A stretch of 64,000 nucleotides of DNA from Promethearchaeota archaeon (lineage in GTDB: Archaea; Asgardarchaeota; Lokiarchaeia; Sigyniarchaeales; SOKP01). The stretch is taken from the NCBI GenBank assembly GCA_016839705.1, contig JAEOTR010000035.1:1-64000 (forward strand), written 5' to 3'. The position numbers were made by a program, and so were the translations under genes. Within the stretch, counting starts at the first letter, position 1; each line of letters begins with the position of its first letter. Of this stretch, positions 29,109 to 39,344 are shown piece by piece. The notes below the pieces were generated by a model. The model made no database searches. It saw nothing but the letters and a program-made list of their open reading frames with translations, and was not told the DNA's origin.

Positions 29109-29321
29109 TCAATAAGAGCACAAATATGTGTACTTCCCTAAATCAAATTTTTTAATTTTAATGTCCTCTTCCAAATTCTCTTTAGGAATAAGGTTCATCT
29201 TTATTACAAATTTACAGTTTTCCAAGTAGATGTTATTATAGAAAATATTCGTACATTTATCCCAATCAATAAACCGCCTTATAGTTATCTCTTTTTTTTC
29301 TTCTGGTAGGAGAACTGACAT
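29109..29321 (-). CDS. hypothetical protein
   Basis: 70-aa ORF with no recognisable motif. Confidence 0.4.
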   Translation of the reverse strand: MSVLLPEEKKEITIRRFIDWDKCTNIFYNNIYLENCKFVIKMNLIPKENLEEDIKIKKFDLGKYTYLCSY

Positions 29322-29761
29322 GTTTTTAATCTAATATTTAAGTTAGTTTTTCTGTACGGTGATCTAAATGAAACCCTTAATTATAGATGCTATTCCAACG
29401 CTTTAACTTACTCTGAATTTCCCATTAGAGAATTTTTATTAAGTGTCGGTGATAGCGTGTATCACCAATATTAATATTAAAAGAGGTATTTAAATCTTTC
29501 TCAAGGAGTATTTAAGTAATCAATTTCTGTGTCCAAAAACTTAAATGATATAACCTATTTTATTAAAAAGAATTTTTAATTAATAAAACGAAGTTTTAAT
29601 CTATTTAAGGTTTTTAAAGGATTTTATCGTGAAATAAGGTAGATCTCCTTTAAAGGAAACTCTTAAAGAACTTGATTTAGCATTTATTATAAAAGTTATA
29701 TATTAAACCTGCATTTTTTCTAATAACTTAAAGAACTCAAATTATAGTCAGATTCTTAAAA

Positions 29762-30232
29762 ATGCCTAATTCGAAGGTAAAGGATTTTGAATCGTTTATT
29801 AGAAGTGATATTATAGATAAAATTAAAAAGATAAAAGGAAAACATCCACCAATTGCTGAATTTATTGAAAATGAATCTCGATCATTGTCAGTAAAATCAA
29901 TTTATAACTTGAATAATAAATTAAAGAATTTCTATCTTATTACATTAAAGAATTATTCAAAACAGCCCAGGTTGAGATATTTCTTAACCGTCTCAATTGC
30001 CAATAACAGTTCTGATTTACTAGTGCAACTAGCAAGAGAAATGGTGTTAAAACATGATTTAAAATTAATCCAGTATTCGATATTTCCTAGAACATTAAGG
30101 ATTCAATTGTTATGTATGAAAGAAATCCAATTAATCGAAGACTATAATCATTCTGTAAAAGTTTTAGAATCAATTCGTAAAGAATTTCGAGAAAAATTAG
30201 GTAGAATAAAGAACCTTATAGAAAATGAATAA
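29762..30232 (+). CDS. hypothetical protein
   Basis: 156-aa ORF with typical codon use, upstream of pyk. Confidence 0.7.
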   Translation: MPNSKVKDFESFIRSDIIDKIKKIKGKHPPIAEFIENESRSLSVKSIYNLNNKLKNFYLITLKNYSKQPRLRYFLTVSIANNSSDLLVQLAREMVLKHDLKLIQYSIFPRTLRIQLLCMKEIQLIEDYNHSVKVLESIRKEFREKLGRIKNLIENE

Positions 30233-30313
30233 TTTTAAAAATTATTAATAAATTCCATTACCTTAAGAAAAAATTATTTTACTGAGTTTCTTAGGAAAAA
30301 AAGGTTTCTTATA

Positions 30314-31774
30314 ATGTCTCTACGAGAAAATACAGTGAAGATAGTGAGTACCCTCGGTCCTGCATCTAGTTCAAAGGAAATGCTTAAGAAATTGATTGAT
30401 GCGGGAGTTGATATATTCCGTTTAAATTTCTCTCATGGAACTCATGCTGAGAAAAGGGAGTTAGTGGACAAAGTTAGAGCAGTTGATGATGAGGTAGGAA
30501 TAATAGCGGATATACAAGGTCCAAAGATAAGAGTTGGAAATTTCAAAGATAAGATTGCTTATAGTTTAAATATCGGCCAAGAGGTCATGGTCTTTGAAAA
30601 AGAGATTGAAGGAAATCAAGACCAATTTTCAATACCGCTAGATGGCTTTTTAAAATCTATGAAGACGGGAGATGTATTTTTTGTGAATGACGGAATTATT
30701 AAAATTCGGGTGAAAAGTAAGGCAGAAGATCATTTAATAGGCGAGATTTTGGCAGGTGGAATGATAAGTGATAGAAAAGGGGTGAATATACCCTCCGGTG
30801 AATTAAAGCAAAGAGTTCCCACAGAAAAAGATATTCAAGATTTGGAATTAATTGCAGAATTGGATCCCGAATTTGTGGCAATATCGTTTGTATCTGATGG
30901 GAGTGATGTCCTCCATGTGAAAAAAATCCTTGAGAATTCTGGTAATGATAATATTAAATTAATTTCTAAGATCGAAAGACCAGTTGCTTTAGATAATTTT
31001 GATGCCATTTTAGAGGTAAGCGATGGTATTATGGTGGCACGTGGAGATTTAGGTGTTGAGATTGATCCAGATAAAGTACCCTTAAAGCAAAAGAATATGA
31101 TTTACAAGTGCAATAAGGAAGGGAAACCAGTAATAGTTGCAACTCAAATGCTTGAGTCAATGGTAAATGCTCCTATTCCTACTCGGGCTGAAGCTAATGA
31201 TGTATTTAACGCTGTGTTTGATGGCAGCGATGCTGTTATGCTTTCTGGTGAAACTGCTGTTGGTAAGTATCCTATTAATGCTGTTCGTTCAATGAACCAG
31301 ATTGCGAAAACGGCAACCGAGAATATGCCACGACGCAAACCAGATGAATACGATTCTGATAGACTAACACATACCCAAACTTTAGGACATGCTATTTATT
31401 CCCTGGCAGCAGAAATGCAAGATTTAAATTTTAGAGGGAAAATTCTCGTAATTACTCGGGGAGGTTATGGAGCAAGAATGATAGCCAAATATCGACCCCC
31501 ATTACCCATTATCGCAATAACTCCCTCTAAAAGGACTGCGAGAGAAATGAATCTTCTTTGGGGAGTACAACCAGTACATATAGAAAATATTGATTTCTTC
31601 AATATGGATGCTGAAGAGATAATAGAACAAGCTGTAAAAAATGCCGTTGAGATAAAATTACTAGATGAAAACGAACATGTGATAATCTTACTAGTTTCAA
31701 GAAAATTTGAGAAAAGGGGAAATTTGGTTGGTTTCTATTATGTGGGTGAAATTCTTGAACATGAAACAGAATAG
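30314..31774 (+). CDS. pyk: pyruvate kinase
   Basis: KIVSTLGPAS, RLNFSHG, DIQGPKIR, IMVARGDLGVE, ATQMLESM, DAVMLSGETAVG. Confidence 0.98.
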   Translation: MSLRENTVKIVSTLGPASSSKEMLKKLIDAGVDIFRLNFSHGTHAEKRELVDKVRAVDDEVGIIADIQGPKIRVGNFKDKIAYSLNIGQEVMVFEKEIEGNQDQFSIPLDGFLKSMKTGDVFFVNDGIIKIRVKSKAEDHLIGEILAGGMISDRKGVNIPSGELKQRVPTEKDIQDLELIAELDPEFVAISFVSDGSDVLHVKKILENSGNDNIKLISKIERPVALDNFDAILEVSDGIMVARGDLGVEIDPDKVPLKQKNMIYKCNKEGKPVIVATQMLESMVNAPIPTRAEANDVFNAVFDGSDAVMLSGETAVGKYPINAVRSMNQIAKTATENMPRRKPDEYDSDRLTHTQTLGHAIYSLAAEMQDLNFRGKILVITRGGYGARMIAKYRPPLPIIAITPSKRTAREMNLLWGVQPVHIENIDFFNMDAEEIIEQAVKNAVEIKLLDENEHVIILLVSRKFEKRGNLVGFYYVGEILEHETE

Positions 31775-31949
31775 AAGATTACTCTAAACAGCTTTCAAGA
31801 TTTAGATTATTATCTAACTAATAAGATTAAGCAGTTTCACTTGAATATTATTTAAATGTCTCTATATATTAATTAGTCATAGACCTTTACATATAAAACT
31901 ACAAACCAATAATAAACTAAGATAATTAAAAGGCTTAAGGTAAAAAAAA

Positions 31950-32372
31950 ATGAGTGAAGAATGGAAACATGCATCATGGGTATCATTTTTAGGGATGATA
32001 GCGTGGATAATAGGAATCATAAGTGGAGTTATTAATCTTATATGGGGATTTGTTGGAATAATTCCACTTGCTGCAATACCTATTTTTGGAGCAGCATTAA
32101 TGGGTCCATTTATTTGGCTAATAATAAGTGGAATAATAGCAATTCTGGTATCCTTTTTTATAATCTTACCTAAATTTTCACTAAAATGTTCTAAAAAAGA
32201 TTGGGAATATCTACTTAATTGGAGAATGTCTCTGGGAACAACAAAATTCCCTTGGATGCTTTTTTGGGGAATAATTTTAGAAATATTTAGCTATGGTTGG
32301 GGTGGCTTTGCAGTTTTTATTCCCGCATTAGTGTTAATATTTGCCGGTCCAAGAAAATATGAGTGGAAATAA
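31950..32372 (+). CDS. membrane protein
   Basis: Hydrophobic helices; FPWMLFWG motif. Confidence 0.75.
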   Translation: MSEEWKHASWVSFLGMIAWIIGIISGVINLIWGFVGIIPLAAIPIFGAALMGPFIWLIISGIIAILVSFFIILPKFSLKCSKKDWEYLLNWRMSLGTTKFPWMLFWGIILEIFSYGWGGFAVFIPALVLIFAGPRKYEWK

Positions 32373-32502
32373 AAAAAAATCTACTTTAACTTTTTTTTTT
32401 CTATTTTTTTCTTCTTATTCAAAAAATTGTGAGCCCTTTATAGTATTTATATTATCTTGATTTTTTAACTCATATTATTTTACTAACTTCCTTATTATTG
32501 AA

Positions 32503-32913
32503 ATGGAGATGTACAATAAATATAAGGTCTATGGTAAGAAATTTTATACAGGCATGAGTGTAGGGGGTTCTCACCATTGGAATTATAATAACGGGAAGTG
32601 GTTTGAAACAAAAGAAGCCCCGGATAAATGGAGCTTTACATTTGATAGTTTGAAAACACGAATAAATCCTGCCCCAAAAAATACAGGAGCGAGTAATAAA
32701 ACAAAATTTCATTGGTATATAATAGCTAATCAAATAGCGACCAAGATTGATGAGAATTCTTACATGACTTCCATGAAGGGAGTTAAGTTTAAAATTGGCC
32801 ATAAACGTCCACATTGGCGTACTTTCAGCTATAACTACTCTAATCAACTTACATATAAAGAACGAGTAATTCATGCTTTACAAGAAACACTTAAAGAACT
32901 GAAGAAAAATTAG
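32503..32913 (+). CDS. conserved hypothetical beta-rich protein
   Basis: YTGMSVGGSHHWNY, FHWYIIANQ, KIGHKRPHW. Confidence 0.7.
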   Translation: MEMYNKYKVYGKKFYTGMSVGGSHHWNYNNGKWFETKEAPDKWSFTFDSLKTRINPAPKNTGASNKTKFHWYIIANQIATKIDENSYMTSMKGVKFKIGHKRPHWRTFSYNYSNQLTYKERVIHALQETLKELKKN

Positions 32914-32937
32914 GTACCATTTAACATAAACAAAATA

Positions 32938-33135
32938 CTAATAATAAGAAAAATCATCGATATCGATGTTAGGTTGGTATTTAATTTTAAAGTTGTAACA
33001 ACGACAGCAAAAGAATTCAATGTATTCACTTTCCCAGAGATATGTTAGCTCTTCTTTTTCATCTGAACTAATATTTTTAATAAAACTTTCAAAGTCCAGT
33101 ATTTTCCCACATCTAAAACATTGTCGCTCTCTCAA
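32938..33135 (-). CDS. small zinc-finger protein (CxxC...LWE...CxxC family)
   Basis: CFRCG...F..F...LWES..IEFFCCRC. Confidence 0.75.
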   Translation of the reverse strand: MRERQCFRCGKILDFESFIKNISSDEKEELTYLWESEYIEFFCCRCYNFKIKYQPNIDIDDFSYY

Positions 33136-33176
33136 ATTTATTCTTCCTTAAAAATAAATAAAAGATAAGATATTTA

Positions 33177-33692
33177 TTAGAATTTCTCGTAATGAACTAT
33201 TTCTTCTAATGGTTTACGTTCTGTTATTTCACCTTTCGGTTTTACTGGGTAGCCTAATGGAGTTATTCCCATAACTTTATAATCTTCAGGAATACCTAAT
33301 ATTGATTTAATTTTACCTTCATTGAACCATCCAATCCAGCATGTAGCTAACCCTTCAGCTGTAGCCGCTAATAACAAATGTTCAAAACATATACCAAAAT
33401 CTACTCCGTAATATTTTTGACCATTTGAATTTGTTCCTGAAGCTTCCTCTGAAACAATCCCAACTATAAACATAGGAGCTTGAGCAAATTTTGGTGCCTG
33501 TCCTACAGCTTCCCAGACGGCCTTTACATTTTCTGGCTTTTTAACTACAATATACGAGCAAGGTTGCCCATTTGCCCAAGTTGGAGCGATTCTTGCAACA
33601 TTTAAAATCCGTTCAACTTTTTCTTCCTCCGGGACATCCTCTGTAAATACCCTATAACTTCTTCTAGTTTTAACTACTTCATAAAAATCCAT
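33177..33692 (-). CDS. nitroreductase family protein
   Basis: RRSYRVF, APTWANGQP, EGLATCWIG, PLGYP. Confidence 0.92.
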   Translation of the reverse strand: MDFYEVVKTRRSYRVFTEDVPEEEKVERILNVARIAPTWANGQPCSYIVVKKPENVKAVWEAVGQAPKFAQAPMFIVGIVSEEASGTNSNGQKYYGVDFGICFEHLLLAATAEGLATCWIGWFNEGKIKSILGIPEDYKVMGITPLGYPVKPKGEITERKPLEEIVHYEKF

Positions 33693-33775
33693 AATGTAAT
33701 CTCTCAGTTTTATTTTAAAATCTTGATAAGGTTAGGTAATACCAAAATTTTAACTTTGTTATTAGGTTCTATTAT

Positions 33776-34594
33776 TTAATCATCAATCATTCTTTTATGA
33801 CCCTTTGGGCATTCCCCATAAGTACAATCATAAAAACCATCATCATATTCTTCCCATGCATTGTAATGCTCCCAACAATAGATCTTATCACATTCAGGAC
33901 AGTAAGCATCTACACCTTCAGGTGAATGATATTTTTTCATAAAATTATGAGCACCTAAAAGGTCATCTTCCTCCAAAATCTTAAATAATATATTTACCAA
34001 TTCAATTCTTAAGGATGTTTCAAGAGTAATACCTCTGAAAACTAGAGATTCCTTTTCATCTAATCTTCCATATCCAATTTTAAATTTAACTGCAGTTTTA
34101 CTACACACAGAACACGGTAGATTATATTCTAAATCAGATATTTTGATAATTCTCTCAATAGGTTTCACAAATTCTTCTTTTGGTAATAAATCATTAAAAT
34201 TACTCCAAAAGGCATCCCAACATTCTTTGAAAGATACCCCAACTTTTTCAATAAGTAATGATGATTTGCGACTCTGGAAAATTTTAAGTTGACTTATTAT
34301 TTGAGATAAACGATTTCTTGCGGCATATAGGAAACTTTTTGAATCATCTATCTTTTTCAAATTAGGTTTTCCTTCTGTTATTGTTGTTAACACTTCCCAA
34401 GCAGAAACAGTACTATAAAAAAACTCCTTAACATTTGAAGTCCATATTTTTCTCGTCGAATCATCCAAATCCTTGAGGTTTTTGAAGTGATTTATTATCT
34501 CCTCTTTTATATCTTCAAGATTTTGAACATAATCACGAAGATTCAATATTTTTTCTAATATAATGTTATTTTCCCTATTCATAACTCTCCCCAA
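33776..34594 (-). CDS. hypothetical protein with C-terminal Cys/His zinc cluster
   Basis: CSVC ... YCPECDKIYCWEHY ... CPKGHKRMIDD. Confidence 0.7.
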   Translation of the reverse strand: MGRVMNRENNIILEKILNLRDYVQNLEDIKEEIINHFKNLKDLDDSTRKIWTSNVKEFFYSTVSAWEVLTTITEGKPNLKKIDDSKSFLYAARNRLSQIISQLKIFQSRKSSLLIEKVGVSFKECWDAFWSNFNDLLPKEEFVKPIERIIKISDLEYNLPCSVCSKTAVKFKIGYGRLDEKESLVFRGITLETSLRIELVNILFKILEEDDLLGAHNFMKKYHSPEGVDAYCPECDKIYCWEHYNAWEEYDDGFYDCTYGECPKGHKRMIDD

Positions 34595-34794
34595 CTACAC
34601 AAGATAATTTGTATATTAATTTTTTGTCCTAATGTGGAAATTCTGTTTGGATGAGAAAAATTTATTTTCTTATCTCAATGATATATCATAATCATTGCTG
34701 CTAACATTATTTATAAACAAACAAAAGAGAATAGAATTGGAAATGTTACCTCCCTATTAAATATTAAAACTAAAGGAGTTTAGTAGGTGTAAAA

Positions 34795-35757
34795 ATGAGT
34801 AGTTTACATTTAGATGCAATAAAAGAAGCCTATCAAAAGATTAAAGGATTTGTTAGGAAGACACCTCTCATTCACTCAGCCTATTTTAGTGAATTATGCG
34901 GCAATAACGTTTATTTGAAATTGGAAAACCAACAACTCACAAATGCCTTTAAAATTCGTGGAGCCCTAAACCGAATGTTAAAATTGAGTTCAGATGAAAA
35001 AACTCGTGGAGTTATTACTGCCTCATCAGGAAATCATGCTCAAGCAATAGCTCTAGCAGCAAAACACTTAGGTATCTCTGCCAAAATCGTAGTTCCTAAG
35101 AATATTTCTGAAGCGAAATTAAAAAAAATAAAGCAATATGATGTAACCATTGTTCAAGAAGGAGATTTTGATGAAATTGAGACGAAAGCAAGAGATTTAT
35201 CTGCTCAAGAGAAAATAACATATATCAGTCCCTATAATGACATTGATATTATTATAGGCCAGGGAACTATTGCTCTTGAAATCTATAAGGATCTTGAACA
35301 TGTGGATGTGATTATTGTTCCCATTGGAGGGGGTGGTTTAATCTCAGGGATAGCATTCGCCTCTAAATTACTAAATCCAAAAGTTAAAATAATTGGTGTT
35401 CAAACTAAGGGCGCCTCTACTATGTTTGAATCTTGGAAAGCTGGTAAAATCATACAAGTCGAAGAATTTAATACCATAGCAGAGGGTTTATTAGGTGGAA
35501 TTGAATCTGATGCTATTACTTTTGAAATAATACAAAATTATGTTGATGAAATTGTGTTGGTAGACGAAGAGAGTGTTGAAAAAGCTATCAATCTCCTGTG
35601 GAATATAGAGGGTCAAATCGTTGAAGGAGCAGGAGCTACAGTTGTTGCTTTCTTAATTGAGAAAAAACAAAAATTCCTCAATAAAAATGTGGTAGCGGTA
35701 ATAAGCGGAGGAAATATCAATGAATCACTATTCAAAGAAATTTTGAGTAAACGCTAG
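34795..35757 (+). CDS. threonine/serine dehydratase (PLP, catabolic type)
   Basis: LKLENQQLTNAFKIRGA, ASSGNHAQ, PIGGGGLISG, ISGGNI. Confidence 0.93.
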   Translation: MSSLHLDAIKEAYQKIKGFVRKTPLIHSAYFSELCGNNVYLKLENQQLTNAFKIRGALNRMLKLSSDEKTRGVITASSGNHAQAIALAAKHLGISAKIVVPKNISEAKLKKIKQYDVTIVQEGDFDEIETKARDLSAQEKITYISPYNDIDIIIGQGTIALEIYKDLEHVDVIIVPIGGGGLISGIAFASKLLNPKVKIIGVQTKGASTMFESWKAGKIIQVEEFNTIAEGLLGGIESDAITFEIIQNYVDEIVLVDEESVEKAINLLWNIEGQIVEGAGATVVAFLIEKKQKFLNKNVVAVISGGNINESLFKEILSKR

Positions 35758-35794
35758 CTTGTATGTTTTAAAAAAAAAAGATAGAATTTAGTAA

Positions 35795-36316
35795 CTATTC
35801 AATATATTTAACAATTTCATCTAATGATTTTCGAGGTCTTGGTTCAGGTATCTCTCCCTTTGGGTATCCTAATGGGAGAACTGTGAGTAAATGATCAGTT
35901 TCTTTTAGGTTTAGCAATTTCTTTACATTTTCTCTGTTTATTCTTCCAACCCAACAAGTTCCGATTCCTAATGACCATGCTGCTAATGCTAGCTGTAATG
36001 AAGCAAAACAAGTATCGTGAAGGTACCAGTTAGGTGATAATTCCATATCTCCAACGATCGCGACCAATACAGGGGCTCCAGCAGTGAAAGGACCTGTGGT
36101 ACATTCTTTCGCAATTTTTTTGATAAGCTCTTTATTTCTAATGACATAAAAAGTCCAGGGCTGTCTGTTTCTTGCACTCATACACCACCTAGTTGCCTCA
36201 AGGATTTGATTCAAAATTTCCGCTTCTATATCCCTTGAATCATAACTCCTAATACTTCTTCTTTCTTTTAATAATTTCAGTTGCTCAGATTCACTCATAT
36301 GAATATCACTTTTCAA
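35795..36316 (-). CDS. nitroreductase family protein
   Basis: RRSIRSY, SARNRQPW, LGIGTCWVG, LPLGYP. Confidence 0.92.
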   Translation of the reverse strand: MKSDIHMSESEQLKLLKERRSIRSYDSRDIEAEILNQILEATRWCMSARNRQPWTFYVIRNKELIKKIAKECTTGPFTAGAPVLVAIVGDMELSPNWYLHDTCFASLQLALAAWSLGIGTCWVGRINRENVKKLLNLKETDHLLTVLPLGYPKGEIPEPRPRKSLDEIVKYIE

Positions 36317-36388
36317 ATCTATATGTTATAACTAGAAAAAGAAAGAATTACTTAAATATTCAGTTTGATTAAATGTAGCTGTATCACT

Positions 36389-36520
36389 CTATTCTTCAGT
36401 AATAATTAATTCTTTTTCTTCGATTTCCTCTGCTTCATCCTCAATTGGGATTTTATGAAGATGACCGTGATATATAATAAATCTAAACTTTTGCACCTTA
36501 CTAACTGCCTCATGTGGCAT
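36389..36520 (-). CDS. 43-aa microprotein with acidic tail
   Basis: MPHEAVSKVQKFRFIIYHGHLHKIPIEDEAEEIEEKELIITEE*; ATG at 36520 preferred. Confidence 0.5.
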   Translation of the reverse strand: MPHEAVSKVQKFRFIIYHGHLHKIPIEDEAEEIEEKELIITEE

Positions 36521-36570
36521 GTGTTGTTTGATGATCCCAAATAATAAAAATAACGATACTCCACAAATTT

Positions 36571-37749
36571 TCAAAATAATTTCAGCTTAATGCGGTCTAT
36601 TGCATTCTTTAAGGTTTCTAGTTTTTGTGAAAATGAAAATCGGACGTACTTTGATCCTCGATTTTTATCAAGAGTTTTACCATTGAAAAAACTCGAACCT
36701 GGAACAACCGCAATACCACCGTCTTTTACTAGGAAGTTAGCAAACTCTATATCATTCATACCGAATTGGGAAATATCGGCAAAAATGTAATAAGCTCCTT
36801 GAGGCTTAAAAATGCGCATTCCTAACTTTGTCAATTGATTGTAGAGGAAATCTCTATTCGTTTGATACCGATTAATTAGATCCTTAAAATATGAAGGTCC
36901 TAAGTTAAATGATTTTAACGCAGCAAATTGTAATAAAGAAGGTGCTGCAACTGTTAAATAATCATGAACTTTCCGAATTCCATTCATTAATTCTGTGGTT
37001 GCTGAAACATAGCCAATTCTCCATCCTGTTATTGAAAAAGTTTTACTAAATCCACTGATTGTAATGGTTTTTTCACGCATTGAATCAAAACTTCCAATAC
37101 TTTGATGCTTTAGATCATCATAAATAATATATTCATAAATCTCATCAGTAATTACTATTATATCATTATCAATGCATAAGTCTGATATAGTTTTCAAATC
37201 TTTTGGAGAAAAAACCTTACCAGTAGGATTGTGGGGTGAATTAAGCATAATTGCTTTCGTTTTTGCATTAATATTGGATTTTAGCAGTTCTTCATCAATC
37301 TGATAGGTTTCTTCAGATAAGGATACAAAAACAGGAGTTGCTTGAGCGAGATATGTAATCGGGACATAATTCTCATACCAAGGCTCAAAAATTATAATTT
37401 GGTCACCTGGATTTGTTACCGCAAATAAACTTGCCGCTATCGCTTCACTCGCACCACAAGTTATTGTTAGTTCTTCATATGGATCGACGTCTATTTTATT
37501 ATACTTTTTCAATTTTTCTGCAATTTTTTCCCTTAAATCAGGCCGTCCATATGTTACAGTATATTGATGTACATCTTTATTAACTCCTTCCTTAATACCT
37601 GTAATTAGCTCATCGGGAGGAGAAAAATCAGGCATTCCCTGTGAAAGGTTAATAGCGTTATTTTCAATGGCCATCCGTGTCATTTCTCTTATTACTGATT
37701 CTTGAAAATAGTTTAAACTTTCAGCCAATTTTATCATTTTTTTTATCAC
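36571..37749 (-). CDS. class I/II PLP aminotransferase (YbdL/MtnE-like)
   Basis: INLSQGMPDF, NSPHNPTGKV, TDEIYE, SGFSKTFSITGWRIGY. Confidence 0.93.
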   Translation of the reverse strand: MIKKMIKLAESLNYFQESVIREMTRMAIENNAINLSQGMPDFSPPDELITGIKEGVNKDVHQYTVTYGRPDLREKIAEKLKKYNKIDVDPYEELTITCGASEAIAASLFAVTNPGDQIIIFEPWYENYVPITYLAQATPVFVSLSEETYQIDEELLKSNINAKTKAIMLNSPHNPTGKVFSPKDLKTISDLCIDNDIIVITDEIYEYIIYDDLKHQSIGSFDSMREKTITISGFSKTFSITGWRIGYVSATTELMNGIRKVHDYLTVAAPSLLQFAALKSFNLGPSYFKDLINRYQTNRDFLYNQLTKLGMRIFKPQGAYYIFADISQFGMNDIEFANFLVKDGGIAVVPGSSFFNGKTLDKNRGSKYVRFSFSQKLETLKNAIDRIKLKLF

Positions 37750-37975
37750 CCTACTTAATTCAAGTGTTAAACTTATTAAAGTTTTGAAATCAGCTTTAAT
37801 TCGCTTATTATTTCTTTTAGTTTAACATACTACTTATTTTAATTATGACCAACGTTAAAAATCTTAAGTTTACAAAGAGTTAAGAATAAACTTTTTTACT
37901 AAAGTGTGAGAAAATTCTCTCGGATAAGCAAAATAAAAAATTCTAAAATAAATCAAGGTTTCAAATAAATATAGC

Positions 37976-39253
37976 ATGAAAATACAGAATAAACTAATTA
38001 AATCCGAAAATCAGAACTTGCTAGTCAGTAAAATTTCTCTGATTATCGCTATATTTTTTGCGAGTATAGCAGGGTATGCGTATTTTGCTTTTATACCACG
38101 ATTTTTATACGAAAAAGGTTTCTCAGAAGGACAAGTAATTTTTACGATGACTTGGATGGGGATTGGCTTAGCTTTATTTTCCTGGCTTTTTGGAAAAATA
38201 AGCGATAAATCAGGACGAAGAAAATTATTTCTCATTTTAGCCCTTTTTTTACAACTTATCGTCCTTTCTTTATTAAATTTAAGTAACCACATTGTTTTTC
38301 ATTGTGTTTTAAACTTTTTCAGGGGAGTTATATTAGGGATGCGAATGCCAGCATCTGATGCTCTATTTGCAGATATTGTTGAGAATTCAAGTAAGAAGGT
38401 TAAAATGGTACCTAAATTAGAAACAACCGAGGTTAGTGGAACACAATTATCACTTAGTAGTGCCACTAAAAGCACAGGATGGGCCATTGGAGTCTTGCTG
38501 TCAAGCTCTTTAATTGGTATTTTTGGGGTGGATTCGTTAGTTCTCTTCTTAATAATCACAACTGCTATTTCCTTAATTTTCGCAATTCCAATACAAGATA
38601 TTAAGAAGAATAACTTAGTAGATCAAGGTGGTGGTATCGATATCACGGAAGAGAAGATCCAATCCCGCAATACATCATCCCGTAAAGGTTTAATCCCACG
38701 AAAAAAGATGAAAGTTAAACTCATTCTTTATATTAGCGTCTTTTTTCGTCAGTTTGGAGTAATACCATTTATTCAGATTATCAGTCTCTTGCTTTTTACC
38801 GCTGGAATCCCTGATGAGCTATCGGGAATAGTTATTGCTTTAAATCCAATATTGCAGGTGGTAGCAATGGTCATTTGTGGCAGAATTGTCGATAATCCGA
38901 AGATTTCAGAAAAATTGATGCTTGCCATCGGATTTGTATTATCTACTCTGGCATTAGGTTGTTATGGATTGGGAACATCGACGGGTTTAATAGCATATTT
39001 CATCCTTGGGCAAGTATCACTTGGTTTTTCATGGGGCTTTATTTCCACAGGTGCAGTAAAGTATATCGTAAACCATGCTCCAATGGATAGAGCATTTTAT
39101 ATGGGTATTTGGATGACTGATCTTCAGATAGCAAAAATCACCTCTTACCAAATTTTTACTTTTATTTGGATTAGTCTATTTACTCCTACAATGACTTTGC
39201 CATTTGTTGCTTTAATTCCTCTTATTGGATTAATATTTGTGTATTGGTTATAA
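37976..39253 (+). CDS. MFS transporter
   Basis: GKISDKSGRRK motif A; about 12 TM. Confidence 0.9.
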   Translation: MKIQNKLIKSENQNLLVSKISLIIAIFFASIAGYAYFAFIPRFLYEKGFSEGQVIFTMTWMGIGLALFSWLFGKISDKSGRRKLFLILALFLQLIVLSLLNLSNHIVFHCVLNFFRGVILGMRMPASDALFADIVENSSKKVKMVPKLETTEVSGTQLSLSSATKSTGWAIGVLLSSSLIGIFGVDSLVLFLIITTAISLIFAIPIQDIKKNNLVDQGGGIDITEEKIQSRNTSSRKGLIPRKKMKVKLILYISVFFRQFGVIPFIQIISLLLFTAGIPDELSGIVIALNPILQVVAMVICGRIVDNPKISEKLMLAIGFVLSTLALGCYGLGTSTGLIAYFILGQVSLGFSWGFISTGAVKYIVNHAPMDRAFYMGIWMTDLQIAKITSYQIFTFIWISLFTPTMTLPFVALIPLIGLIFVYWL

Positions 39254-39344
39254 AAATATAAATCTTCATATCAACTCATTTTAAGATTACATTAACGAAA
39301 AATCAAAGTATTAAGGAATAATATATTAATTTAGTAGAGAAACC

